A stretch of 54,360 bases of DNA from NCBI GenBank assembly GCA_047971915.1, contig JBKEAD010000057.1, forward strand, positions 1 to 54,360, given 5' to 3'. The stretch is from Chthoniobacterales bacterium. Lineage in GTDB: Bacteria > Verrucomicrobiota > Verrucomicrobiia > Chthoniobacterales > JBKEAD01. The notes below the pieces were generated by a model. It was not told where the DNA came from, did no database searches, and was given only the letters and a program-made list of their open reading frames with translations. Position numbers and translations under genes: made by a program. Of the stretch, positions 16,415 to 26,176 are shown piece by piece; position 1 is the stretch's first letter; every line of letters starts with the position of its first letter.

Positions 16415-18772
16415 CTAATCTCGCCAGATGAAATTTTCTAATCGTAAGCGATTAGCACGAGCTTTAGCCTCTTCAGACCGAGGACCTTTAATTTTGGAGA
16501 GGTCTTCGTAAACGGCTATTGCTTCCGTCCACGCCTTGCGTTGCTCTAAAATCCTGGCCGCTTCAAAACCTGCCTTGTAGTGCCAGAAAAATTCAGGATC
16601 TTGATCCGGACTACGCTGCAAAATTTGAAATAACGCGGCAAGAGCCTCGTCTTGTTTTCCTTGCCGGGCAAGCGCAAGCCCAATTTTACAACTCGCCTGA
16701 TTGCTCCATCGACTAAGTGCCGTCTTATTCTCGGTAATTAATTTCCACGTTTCGATGGCCTGATCGAGGCTTGCTGGATCTTTTTCGCTTTGGGCGATGA
16801 GTGTATCTCCTTTTTCTATGATGGCGGCATTTTTTAGTTCATCATCTTGACTATCCTTGATGACGATTTCTAAAAGCTTAAGCGCATCACCGGATTGACC
16901 AAGGGAATTTTTGATCAATGCTTGTTCAAAGCGTGCTCTTTCAGCGAGTGGTCCCTTTATTTGCGCAGCCTCTTCATAAGAAGCTACCGCTTGATCCAAA
17001 GCATCAGAGCTCATCAAATAACTCGCTGCTTTACCTGCATAGAACCACGCTTGCTCCGTGAGAGGCGATGCCGGATAATTCACTGCCAAATCTTGAAAAG
17101 CCTGTCGCGCAGCCAAATAATCTCCACGTCGAAATAAAGCCTCCGCACGTTTGAAGGCGACATCCGGTAAATGTTCGGACTCTGGAAAATTTTTTAAAAA
17201 ATACTCAGACAATCCGACAATTCGCTCACTTGCATCCGAGCTTCCGTCATCTGCCAAAAAGATACGGAGGTAAACGGCGGATTCGTCCTGCAATTCTTTT
17301 TCTGATAGAAGACTCAACGCATCATTGGCCCCTTCGATATCGAGTGCTATAAAACGCCATTCGGCAAGTGCTAGTGCTGCTTTTCCGGAACCCTGCTTGG
17401 CTAAATTTTCCAACATAGCACCAGCTCCTGGATTTCTTGCAGAAGCGGCCAGCAAAACTGCCGTAATATTATCTTCAGGAATGTCGCTTACCTCCTCCTC
17501 TTCGTAATAAATATCTTCAGGCTGTTTTTTACGAATTTTTGCGAAGAGCTTCATGAGTTCCGCATTTTCTATCGCTTCGGAAAACTCGTTATTACGCAGT
17601 TCGGCAGCTTTTAAAAAATCTTTCTCGGCCTCTTCAAAATTCCCTAAGCGATAAGCCGCTATGGCTCGGTAAAATAAAGCTTTTGCCGATGGCAAATCCT
17701 CCGGTATCGCGGCAAGCGTGCTCTCAAAATTCCCCTCCGCATCCAAGAGCCTTGCTAGATCTTCGAGTGCTGGCACGTAGAGCGGATTCTCGGGCGAAGC
17801 TTTTTTTAAAAATTCTTGAAAATGATAACGCGCTACATCGATAAAACCGTCGTGCATAATGCTCCGAGCGTAGAAATAAAGAGCTTCTAGGGCTCTCTCC
17901 GGATATTCCTCGTCTTCGCTCAAACGCCGCAAATCTGAAGTCGAAGCTCCTCCATTTCTTGCATAAACTTCGTCCAGTTTTTCAAAAGCCAACAGCCGCG
18001 GCACCTTCCCTTTTGCCTCTGCAAGATATTGCTCAAGCAAAGCCTCTGCATTATCTCCCTCGTTAGTTAAAAGAAAACACTCTGCCAAACCGACCGTCGC
18101 AAGTTCGGTAAGAGGTCCATGTCCTTTTTGATATTTTTCAAAAAGCTCGCGTGCACGCGGTGTGTTCCCTGATTTTAAAAAAGCAACTGCCGCGAGATAT
18201 TCGCTGGTATCTTCACTTCCGATTCCACTTTCTTTCATAGATGCAATCGTAATTTTTTGAAGAGAAAGCGGAGCACCTGTCGTTTCCAAATCCGGTAAGC
18301 CTGCTAACTTTTTCTCGTCTTGTTTAGATGCATAGTATCCGGCCAGACGGAGTATCGCCGCATTTTTATCGTTTCCTTGAAGTTCGGATAAAAGCGGGAC
18401 GAGTTCGGAAACCGCCATTTTTTTATCACCCAATTTCCAATGCGATTCCGCAGCTATCAAACGCAATTTTGGAAGAGCATATTTCCCCTGCCAGGCAGCA
18501 ATATCCAGTGCTTCTTGAAAACGTTCACTCTGATAAAAAGCCGTTGCCAAAAGCGTTGCGGCTGCTTGGGCTTCCGGGCTTTCCGGCTGCTTTTTATATT
18601 TTTCTACAAGCTCTTTCAACGACGCTATCACCACGGAAGGCAAACCTTTTGAAAGCATCTTTTTAGCAGACTGAATTTCGCTAAAATCATTATTCTGAGA
18701 AATAGTTTTCGCATCCTCCGCCCGGAGAGCAGGAGCCATAGCTGCAAGCAAAATAATTACTAAGCGATTCAC
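16415..18772 (-). CDS. secreted tetratricopeptide-repeat (TPR) protein
   Basis: The start was moved to the GTG at 18772, which overlaps the uvrA stop (GTGA). This gives MNRLVIILLAAMAPALRA/EDAK, a signal peptide. The rest is repeated TPR-like A/L/Y-rich helices. The tracked start at 18898 would overlap uvrA by 130 nt. Confidence 0.75.
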   Translation of the reverse strand: MNRLVIILLAAMAPALRAEDAKTISQNNDFSEIQSAKKMLSKGLPSVVIASLKELVEKYKKQPESPEAQAAATLLATAFYQSERFQEALDIAAWQGKYALPKLRLIAAESHWKLGDKKMAVSELVPLLSELQGNDKNAAILRLAGYYASKQDEKKLAGLPDLETTGAPLSLQKITIASMKESGIGSEDTSEYLAAVAFLKSGNTPRARELFEKYQKGHGPLTELATVGLAECFLLTNEGDNAEALLEQYLAEAKGKVPRLLAFEKLDEVYARNGGASTSDLRRLSEDEEYPERALEALYFYARSIMHDGFIDVARYHFQEFLKKASPENPLYVPALEDLARLLDAEGNFESTLAAIPEDLPSAKALFYRAIAAYRLGNFEEAEKDFLKAAELRNNEFSEAIENAELMKLFAKIRKKQPEDIYYEEEEVSDIPEDNITAVLLAASARNPGAGAMLENLAKQGSGKAALALAEWRFIALDIEGANDALSLLSEKELQDESAVYLRIFLADDGSSDASERIVGLSEYFLKNFPESEHLPDVAFKRAEALFRRGDYLAARQAFQDLAVNYPASPLTEQAWFYAGKAASYLMSSDALDQAVASYEEAAQIKGPLAERARFEQALIKNSLGQSGDALKLLEIVIKDSQDDELKNAAIIEKGDTLIAQSEKDPASLDQAIETWKLITENKTALSRWSNQASCKIGLALARQGKQDEALAALFQILQRSPDQDPEFFWHYKAGFEAARILEQRKAWTEAIAVYEDLSKIKGPRSEEAKARANRLRLENFIWRD

Positions 18773-21687
18773 GAGAGATATTTTTTTAAATACTGTGCCG
18801 TATAGCCGTCCCCGAAGGCAACGATTTGTTCCGGTGTTCCTTCTGCAACGATGCGGCCACCCGCATCGCCACCTTCTGGCCCTAAATCGATAATCCAATC
18901 CGCCATTTTGACAACTTCCAAATTGTGCTCAATCACAATCAACGTATTTCCTGCATCACGAAGTTTTAGTAAAACACGAAGCAACTGATGAATATCAGCA
19001 AAATGCAATCCCGTGGTCGGCTCGTCCAAGACATAGCACGTCCTGCCGGTCGATTTTTTTGCAAGTTCGGAAGCAAGTTTCAGTCTCTGCGCTTCGCCGC
19101 CCGAAAGCGTCGTGGCCGACTGGCCGAGACGCAGATACCCCAAGCCAACTTGCAACATACTTTCGAGCTTGGTGGATAAAGTAGGAACTTGTCGAAAAAA
19201 TCGCGCCGCGGCATCCACCGTCATATTTAAAATATCTGATATATTTTTTCCCTTGTAAGTTATTTCCAGCGTTTCGCGATTGTAACGCTGCCCACGACAA
19301 ACCTCACAGGGCACGTAAACGTCCGCCAAAAAATGCATCTCGACCTTTATCGATCCATCTCCTTGACAGTGCTCGCAACGCCCACCTTTTACATTAAAAG
19401 AAAAGCGACTCGCATCATACCCCCGCACCCGAGCCGCCGGAGTCTGCGCAAATAAATCACGAATCGGCCCCATCGCCCCCGAGTAGGTCGCGGGATTCGA
19501 GCGCGGCGTACGCCCCACCGCCGACTGATCGATCACGATGACTTTATCAAGCTGTTCTCCACCTATTATCTCTCTGTGCTGTCCCGGTTTCCCCTGAGCT
19601 CCATTTAGATCTCGCGCCAATACCATGCGAAGAATGTCGTTCACAAGAGTCGATTTTCCACTTCCGGAAAGTCCGGTCACGCAGGTCATACAGCCCACCG
19701 GGAAAGATACAGTCAGGTCCTTTAAATTATTCTCACACGCACCAATCACAGTTACCCAACCATCACCCGATTCCGCAGTCTCGGCATTTGGTTTTATATC
19801 TCGAGGCGGTTTACGAACTTTCGGGACAGAAATGCCGAGAGCTCCGGTAAGATACTGCATCGTCGCCGAGTTTTCATTTTTTAAAATGTTCTCCAAGTTT
19901 CCCTGCGCAACGATTTTGCCCCCACGCACACCCGCTCCCGGCCCCATATCCAAAATATAATCCGCCGCCCGAATCGTATCCTCATCATGCTCGACGACAA
20001 CGACAGAATTTCCCAAATCACGAAGCCCTCGCAAAGTTTCTATGAGGCGGTCATTATCGCGTTGATGCAGACCAATACTAGGTTCATCCAGCACGTAAAG
20101 CACACCCGAAAGCCCCGAGCCAATCTGCGTTGCAAGACGAATACGCTGCGACTCGCCGCCCGAAAGCGTCCCGCTCTCGCGATTCAGCGCAAGATAACCC
20201 AAACCAACTTTATCTAAAAAACGAAGCCGTTGCTGAATCTCCTGAACCACATCCCCAACGATTTGTTGCTGCGTATCCGACAGCTCCAGAGATTCCATCA
20301 CCTGCACCGCCTCTCGAATACTCAGGGTTGTAAAATCGTGAATATTAAAAGACTTCCCACTTTTTGTTGTGAGCGTAACGGCCAAGATCGCCGCCCTCAA
20401 TCGCCCCCCCTTGCAAGCGGAACAAGGCCGCGCGCCGGTAAAAGCCCTCATCCGATTTCGCAAAAGCTCGCTCTCCGAAGTTTCGATGACACGCTCCACC
20501 ATCGGCACAAGCCCCTCAAAAACCTTAGAAGAATTTTTACCCGTCAACCCCTTGAGCTGAATTTTTCGATCACCCGATCCGTAAAATAAAACTTCCAGAA
20601 AATCCTTAGGAAGCAAACGGGCGAGTTGATCGGGATTTACACCATAGGCCTCAGCCAACCCCGCGCCGAGAGCTTTATAATAGGAGTGCATCCGCTTTGG
20701 ACTAGTTTTCCAAGGCTTCACGGCACCATCGAGAAAAAGCTTCGAACCATCCAAAAGCAAATCAGGATCCACAAACGCTTGCGTCCCGATACCATGACAT
20801 TGGGGACAAGCACCGAAATGACTATTAAAAGAAAAATGCTTAGGTGTCAGCCTCGGCAAAGTGAAATCCGTATTTGGATTGCAAAAATCTGTGGAGAGTC
20901 GCAGCTCTCGATACTCATCTGCACCCGGCGTCTGAATGAGCGCGAAAAGTAAATTTTCTCCCCAGCGTAGAGCCGTTTCGATCGAATCGGACAACCGCTG
21001 ACGCAGAGCCTCGCGCAAAACCAAACGATCCACAATGGCCTCGATGCTGTGCCTTTTATCCCTCGCGAGACGAGGCAACTTGACATCGTCTAGTTGAATA
21101 ATCTCGCCGTCGATACGAATACGCACAAACCCCTCGCGCTTGGCTTTTTCTATAACATCGCGAAACTCACCTTTCTGATTCCGCACAAGAGGCGCGAGCA
21201 AAATAAGCCGCGTCCCCTCGGGATGATCCAGTAAAATATCGGTAATTTGCTCCGACGTATGGCGCACCACCGGTTCCCCCGTTTGCGGATCGTGCGGACG
21301 CCCCACAGCAGAAAATAAAATACGCAGGTAGTCATAAATTTCGGTCGTTGTCGCAATCGTCGAACGAGGATTGGAACCCGAGCTTCGCTGCTCAATCGCA
21401 ATCGCCGGCGAAAGCCCCTCGATGTAATCTACCTCGGGCTTTTGCATCTGATCCAAAAACTGCCGTGCGTAAGCCGAGAGACTCTCTACATACTTCCGCT
21501 GCCCCTCGGCAAAGAGTGTATCAAAAGCGAGAGACGACTTCCCCGACCCGCTCAAGCCCGTGATAACGACAAGCTGATGCCGCGGAATTTCGACATCGAT
21601 ATTCTGCAAATTGTGCACCCGCGCCCCCTTTATACGAATACTGGATTGGCTGGTAGGATCAGTGAGAGACATGCAAGCAACATTCAA
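18769..21687 (-). CDS. uvrA: excinuclease ABC subunit A
   Basis: 972 aa. It has two ABC ATPase modules (GLSGSGKSSLAFDT and GLSGSGKSTLVND; LSGGESQR and LSGGEAQR) and Zn-finger cysteines. An alternative start is the ATG at 21672. Confidence 0.97.
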   Translation of the reverse strand: MNVACMSLTDPTSQSSIRIKGARVHNLQNIDVEIPRHQLVVITGLSGSGKSSLAFDTLFAEGQRKYVESLSAYARQFLDQMQKPEVDYIEGLSPAIAIEQRSSGSNPRSTIATTTEIYDYLRILFSAVGRPHDPQTGEPVVRHTSEQITDILLDHPEGTRLILLAPLVRNQKGEFRDVIEKAKREGFVRIRIDGEIIQLDDVKLPRLARDKRHSIEAIVDRLVLREALRQRLSDSIETALRWGENLLFALIQTPGADEYRELRLSTDFCNPNTDFTLPRLTPKHFSFNSHFGACPQCHGIGTQAFVDPDLLLDGSKLFLDGAVKPWKTSPKRMHSYYKALGAGLAEAYGVNPDQLARLLPKDFLEVLFYGSGDRKIQLKGLTGKNSSKVFEGLVPMVERVIETSESELLRNRMRAFTGARPCSACKGGRLRAAILAVTLTTKSGKSFNIHDFTTLSIREAVQVMESLELSDTQQQIVGDVVQEIQQRLRFLDKVGLGYLALNRESGTLSGGESQRIRLATQIGSGLSGVLYVLDEPSIGLHQRDNDRLIETLRGLRDLGNSVVVVEHDEDTIRAADYILDMGPGAGVRGGKIVAQGNLENILKNENSATMQYLTGALGISVPKVRKPPRDIKPNAETAESGDGWVTVIGACENNLKDLTVSFPVGCMTCVTGLSGSGKSTLVNDILRMVLARDLNGAQGKPGQHREIIGGEQLDKVIVIDQSAVGRTPRSNPATYSGAMGPIRDLFAQTPAARVRGYDASRFSFNVKGGRCEHCQGDGSIKVEMHFLADVYVPCEVCRGQRYNRETLEITYKGKNISDILNMTVDAAARFFRQVPTLSTKLESMLQVGLGYLRLGQSATTLSGGEAQRLKLASELAKKSTGRTCYVLDEPTTGLHFADIHQLLRVLLKLRDAGNTLIVIEHNLEVVKMADWIIDLGPEGGDAGGRIVAEGTPEQIVAFGDGYTAQYLKKYLS

Positions 21688-21942
21688 AATAGACTATCGT
21701 TCTCGTAAAAGCAAAATCCTCACAGAAGTTCTTCGCGGAAGTCCTGTTGCCTCAAGTCAAAATGACACCGGAGAGAAAAAATCCCTCAGTGTCATTTCAT
21801 TTGAGTCAATTCGTCAGCAACCTGTGAATGAAAAAAAGCTTAACCTATCTTGAAAAAAGAATATTTTTTCAAAATGTGAAATTCATTGCTGGATGATGGT
21901 CACTGCGTGGTTTGACCGAAAATTTACCAAAGAATACTTAAA

Positions 21943-22185
21943 ATGAAAAAAAAGATACCTGCTCAAAAATTAGAACCCTGGGAAAAGGAACTCCAACAAG
22001 AGGCGCATCGGGTTTTGGACTGGAAAATCCGGCATGGTGGCGCACGAGCTGGTGCCGGACGCAAGCCGAAAGACTATGTAAAAACCGTGCTAAATCTCTC
22101 TCCGCAGGCGCGGAAAAAATTGGAGAAACTTGCAGGGGAGGGGTCGCTCTCTGAGGCGGCAAACAAAGTACTGGCCAAGGCGTAA
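21943..22185 (+). CDS. hypothetical small basic protein with GGARAGAGRKPK motif and an RHH-like C-terminal segment
   Basis: An 80-aa ORF isolated in a 700-bp gap. It reads ...HGGARAGAGRKPKDYVKTVLNLSPQARKKLEKLAGEGSLSEAANKVLAKA. I see no recognisable SD sequence. Coding status is unproven. Confidence 0.4.
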   Translation: MKKKIPAQKLEPWEKELQQEAHRVLDWKIRHGGARAGAGRKPKDYVKTVLNLSPQARKKLEKLAGEGSLSEAANKVLAKA

Positions 22186-22404
22186 CTACCCGCCGCTGTC
22201 ACAGGAATTGACAATTTCACTGACCGATTGGGAGGAGATTGACGAAATCCAACGGCTCGATCTGCCTTCGGAGAAGATCGAAAAACAGCCACTGCTTGAA
22301 GGAGCGGTAATTTTCCCGAAAGGCAAAGCATTGCTTTACACAGTGCTAATTTTTAAACGCATTGCATCAGATAAAATGACCCTAGCATCTTATTAGTCCT
22401 TGTA

Positions 22405-23148
22405 TTATTCCTTTTCCAGCAAGCTTTCTACAAGCCGGACATCCTCGGGGCGATCAACGCCGGGACTGCGATGATCCGTTTTTAAAACGACTATTTTTAC
22501 GCCGTGTTCCAAGGCGCGGAGTTGTTCGAGCTTTTCCCGTTCTTCGAGAAATGTCGGTGTCCACTTCACAAATTGGAGCAAGAAGTTTCGGCGATAAGCG
22601 TAGATTCCGAGGTGATGCAAAAAACCTTTCTCTATTTGTGGCCCCGGCATGTCGCGATCAAAAGGAATAATGCTTCGCGAAAAATAAAGAGCGCGGGAGT
22701 TTTGATCCACGACGACTTTCACATTATCCGGGCAGGCAACGGCTTCGGCCTCGCGAAAAGGACTAGCGGCGGTCGCCATTTCGATTTCGCTTTGTTCCCG
22801 AAGAGTCCGTCCCAAACGGTCAATTAGTGAAGCTGCAATGAGCGGTTCGTCGCCTTGCACGTTGATAACGATCTCATGCTCCGAATAATTTTTCGCTACT
22901 AAAGCGATGCGATCCGTTCCGGTGTCAACGTCCGTCGGCGTCATGGCGACTTCTGCTCCGAAGGCTTTGGCAGCGCAGGCAATACGCTCATCATCCGTCG
23001 CGATGACGACTTTATCCACCGTCTCGGCTTGCGAGCTACATTCCCAAACATGTTGCAAAAGCGGCTTGCCACAGATCGGATGCAGCGGCTTTCCGGGAAA
23101 ACGTGTGGAACCCCAGCGGGCAGGAATAACGACAAGGATGGAACTCAT
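22405..23148 (-). CDS. kdsB: 3-deoxy-manno-octulosonate cytidylyltransferase
   Basis: The start was moved to the ATG at 23148, which overlaps the gmhB stop (ATGA). 247 aa. Motifs VVIPARWGSTRFPGKPL and NVQGDEPL. Confidence 0.9.
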   Translation of the reverse strand: MSSILVVIPARWGSTRFPGKPLHPICGKPLLQHVWECSSQAETVDKVVIATDDERIACAAKAFGAEVAMTPTDVDTGTDRIALVAKNYSEHEIVINVQGDEPLIAASLIDRLGRTLREQSEIEMATAASPFREAEAVACPDNVKVVVDQNSRALYFSRSIIPFDRDMPGPQIEKGFLHHLGIYAYRRNFLLQFVKWTPTFLEEREKLEQLRALEHGVKIVVLKTDHRSPGVDRPEDVRLVESLLEKE

Positions 23149-23678
23149 GATTTGGTAGTTTCTTCTAATAATTTTTCGACGGCCTGCCATGCGTTTTCTG
23201 CAATCCAATGCGGTGGGCAATCATTTGTAAAATTTTTTCCGTAACCTGTTTTTACAAGGATTCCTCGCGAGCCGGCGGCCTTGCCACAAAGTGTATCGGC
23301 GGCTTTGTCGCCGATGATCCAACACACCCTTAAATCAAGATCAAAGTCTTTCGCCGCTTCTAGCAACATGCCGATCCCAGGCTTGCGACGTGGCGTAGCG
23401 GCCTCTGGCGAATCCGGACAGAAATAAGCTGCATCAAGTTCGTTGTCGATTTGCCGCATAAACTCAGCGTGAACGGCCTCGTAATCTTGAAGGGAAAAAT
23501 ACCCGCGTCCAATACCGCTTTGGTTGGTAACGAGAATGCGTAGCCAATTTTTTTCACGCAATTTTTTCAGTATGGGAAGGACTTCAGGGAAGACGTGCAC
23601 ATCTTCCGGGCGGGAACAAGAATCGACCTCTTGCATAAGCGTGCCATCGCGATCAAAAAAAACAGCACGCCGCTTCAT
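23145..23678 (-). CDS. gmhB: D-glycero-D-manno-heptose 1,7-bisphosphate phosphatase (HAD-IIIA)
   Basis: 177 aa. Motifs FFDRDGTL, LVTNQSGIGRGYF, RKPGIGM and IGDKAAD. Confidence 0.8.
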   Translation of the reverse strand: MKRRAVFFDRDGTLMQEVDSCSRPEDVHVFPEVLPILKKLREKNWLRILVTNQSGIGRGYFSLQDYEAVHAEFMRQIDNELDAAYFCPDSPEAATPRRKPGIGMLLEAAKDFDLDLRVCWIIGDKAADTLCGKAAGSRGILVKTGYGKNFTNDCPPHWIAENAWQAVEKLLEETTKS

Positions 23679-24871
23679 TTCTCCGTCGTCGTTTTTGTAT
23701 TAAAAAATTCGATTGCCGTGATGAGGTCAACGGCACGTTGTAAAACAATATCGAGTGCTTGCCGAGGTTTTCGGCTTTCTCCGGTTGGAATAATCTCCGG
23801 ATTGATCTCGGCAATGAGAGCGGCTTCGTTAAATCGCGGACGGCTTTTTTCAAACACAAAAGTGCTGACGCCCTGCTCTTTGCTGAGTCGGAAAATTTCG
23901 TCGAGTTGCTCCGTATCAAAAGGAAGTGTGATGTCGGGAATAACTCCGTCCGGAAAAATAGCCGGCCCGTCGGGGACGCTTGCCACCGCTACCGCGACTT
24001 CGAGATCGACTCCGGCACCCAATGGAAATTGCTCATACTCCACGGCGTTCCCCGCAGTTTTTTCACCGACAATCATTGCATCGGCATGTTGCCGTAGCGT
24101 TTCTGCAAGCACTTCAGCAGCACCGGAAGTTTGTTCATTAGTGAGGATGACAAGTGTGCCTGCAAAAAGCGGATCGCGGTCAGAAGTATAGATGCGCTCT
24201 TGTTTGGCACTGGGTTTTTCGACACGAAAAAGAATGCGGCCTTTGTTACAAAAACGCCTAGCAAACTCCGTCGCTAACTCAAAATTGGTAGAATAGGGAA
24301 TCGATCGAATATCTAAAATAAGTGCCCGAATTTTTTTCTCATCGAGACTTTTTAAAATAGTGTCCATCTGCACGAGTTCGCTGGAATCCATACTCCCAAG
24401 CCGCACGTAGCCGACTCGCCCATCGAGAATTTCAGCTAAAAAATCATGTGGCTTGGTGACTTCGTGAACCGAGCCAGACGGGATAATATCAGCCCCGCTG
24501 CCGAGACGTTCCAACAAACCATTAAGGCGAGCCTGCAAAAGTTTTTGTTTTTGGAGCGAAGCAGGATTGACGAAATTTTTTTGCAGGAGTTGAACGGCTT
24601 GTTCGAGCTGGGCCTCATTGAGGACATCAATCCGCCCGGCGAGATTTTGCGGTAAATCCACTATGGGCGACTCGTCTTCGATTTCTTTTTGCTCGATAAT
24701 CGATTCTGCATCGGTCGGTGTTGAATTATCAGCAGGGATATTTTTGAGGTTCTCGTTTTGCAATACTTCGGGGGAAGGTTTTGGCGGAGCTTCGGGGGGA
24801 GCGACTTGGGCACCGAGCGGATGCTGCAAAGTCAACAAAAGCAAAAAAAGAAATTTAAGAGATTTTTTCAT
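23675..24871 (-). CDS. S41 family (C-terminal processing/Tsp-like) peptidase, secreted
   Basis: 398 aa. Signal peptide MKKSLKFLFLLLLTLQHPLGAQ, and an S41 catalytic-domain pattern ILTNEQTSGAAEVLAETL ... GEKTAG. Confidence 0.8.
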   Translation of the reverse strand: MKKSLKFLFLLLLTLQHPLGAQVAPPEAPPKPSPEVLQNENLKNIPADNSTPTDAESIIEQKEIEDESPIVDLPQNLAGRIDVLNEAQLEQAVQLLQKNFVNPASLQKQKLLQARLNGLLERLGSGADIIPSGSVHEVTKPHDFLAEILDGRVGYVRLGSMDSSELVQMDTILKSLDEKKIRALILDIRSIPYSTNFELATEFARRFCNKGRILFRVEKPSAKQERIYTSDRDPLFAGTLVILTNEQTSGAAEVLAETLRQHADAMIVGEKTAGNAVEYEQFPLGAGVDLEVAVAVASVPDGPAIFPDGVIPDITLPFDTEQLDEIFRLSKEQGVSTFVFEKSRPRFNEAALIAEINPEIIPTGESRKPRQALDIVLQRAVDLITAIEFFNTKTTTEK

Positions 24872-26133
24872 CGGTTGCCTCCTATGTCGCGGCGAAAATA
24901 ATTATTTTCAAAAGAAATTTTTTCACAGGCTTGGTAAGCACGCGCCAACGCAGCGGGTAAATCGGTATCGATAGCAGTGATTCCAAGGACACGTCCGCCG
25001 GAAGTCACTAGTTTTTCCTTTTGCATTTTGGTTCCTGCGTGAAAAACGACGGCGGCATCGTCTTCCTCCTCGGCCACAGAAATACCTTCGATGGGGTAGC
25101 CTTTTTCATAACTTCGCGGGTAGCCACCAGAGGCTTGAATCACGCAAGCTGCGGATTTGTCGGACCATGATGCGGTGATTTTATCGAGTCGGTTTTCTGC
25201 CGTTGCCAACAGAATTTCAGCCAAATCACTTTCCAGTCGCCGCATGAGAACTTGTGTTTCCGGATCGCCAAAGCGACAGTTAAATTCCAAAACTTTTGGG
25301 CCCTTTTTAGTCAGCATGAGACCGGGAAACAGCATTCCGCGAAAATCGAGACCATCTACCTGAAGACCTTTTACAAATGGATCCAAAATTGTTTCGCGAA
25401 TGGTTTGTAGCATCTTTGCATCGGCGACGCCGGAGGGCGAGATGGTTCCCATACCACCGGTGTTTGGTCCCAGGTCGCCATCGAAGGCACGCTTGTGATC
25501 GCGACAATCCGGACATAAAAGATAATTCGTGCCCGAAACAAAAGCGTGAATCGAGCACTCTGGACCTTCGAGAAATTCTTCGATCAGAATTTTTTTTCCA
25601 GCTTCACCGAAGACTTGCAACTCCATTGCGTTGCGAATCGCCTCATGCGCCGCATCAGAATTTTCGGCAATGGTCACGCCCTTGCCTAAGGCGAGTCCGT
25701 CGGCCTTTATGACAAGCGGATAGGACGCTGTATCGCAGTAGGCATGTGCTTTGACTGGATCACTGAAATTTTGGGATTCGGCACAGGGTATGCCATGACG
25801 GAACATAAAATCTTTAGCAAAACTTTTTGATGATTCCAACTGGGCCGCCATCCGTCGTGGCCCAAAAATTCGCAACCCGGCATCTTCAAAAACATCTACT
25901 ACACCTTGCGCAAGTGCATCATCCGGTCCGACAACCGTAAGGTCGATTTTTTCTTTTTTTGCAAAGTCGAGGAGTTCCGAAATATCCAAAGCGTCTATTG
26001 GCACATTGCTTCCGAGTGTTTGCGTGCCGCCGTTTCCGGGGGCAAAAAAAAGCTGATTTATTTTGGGAGATTGCGCGAGTCTCCACCCTAATGCGTGCTC
26101 ACGTCCGCCGGAACCAATAACGAGAATTTTCAT
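24868..26133 (-). CDS. purD: phosphoribosylamine--glycine ligase
   Basis: 421 aa. Motifs MKILVIGSGGREHAL, GPNTGGMG and EFNCRFGDPE. Confidence 0.95.
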   Translation of the reverse strand: MKILVIGSGGREHALGWRLAQSPKINQLFFAPGNGGTQTLGSNVPIDALDISELLDFAKKEKIDLTVVGPDDALAQGVVDVFEDAGLRIFGPRRMAAQLESSKSFAKDFMFRHGIPCAESQNFSDPVKAHAYCDTASYPLVIKADGLALGKGVTIAENSDAAHEAIRNAMELQVFGEAGKKILIEEFLEGPECSIHAFVSGTNYLLCPDCRDHKRAFDGDLGPNTGGMGTISPSGVADAKMLQTIRETILDPFVKGLQVDGLDFRGMLFPGLMLTKKGPKVLEFNCRFGDPETQVLMRRLESDLAEILLATAENRLDKITASWSDKSAACVIQASGGYPRSYEKGYPIEGISVAEEEDDAAVVFHAGTKMQKEKLVTSGGRVLGITAIDTDLPAALARAYQACEKISFENNYFRRDIGGNR

Positions 26134-26176
26134 AATCGGAGAAGCTTAATAGTCTGTCGAAAAAACTGCGAGCTTC

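Noticed and set aside
21611-21853. An 80-aa plus-strand ORF overlapping the uvrA start (internal ATG at 21671).
   Set aside because: It overlaps the uvrA 5' end in antisense, has no recognisable domain, and has biased composition. It is kept only as part of the gap region noted in the findings.
22208-22396. A possible second small ORF (TTG start) downstream of the 80-aa RHH-like ORF.
   Set aside because: It has no ATG or GTG start, no RBS and no recognisable fold. It is not reported as a feature, only mentioned as something to test.
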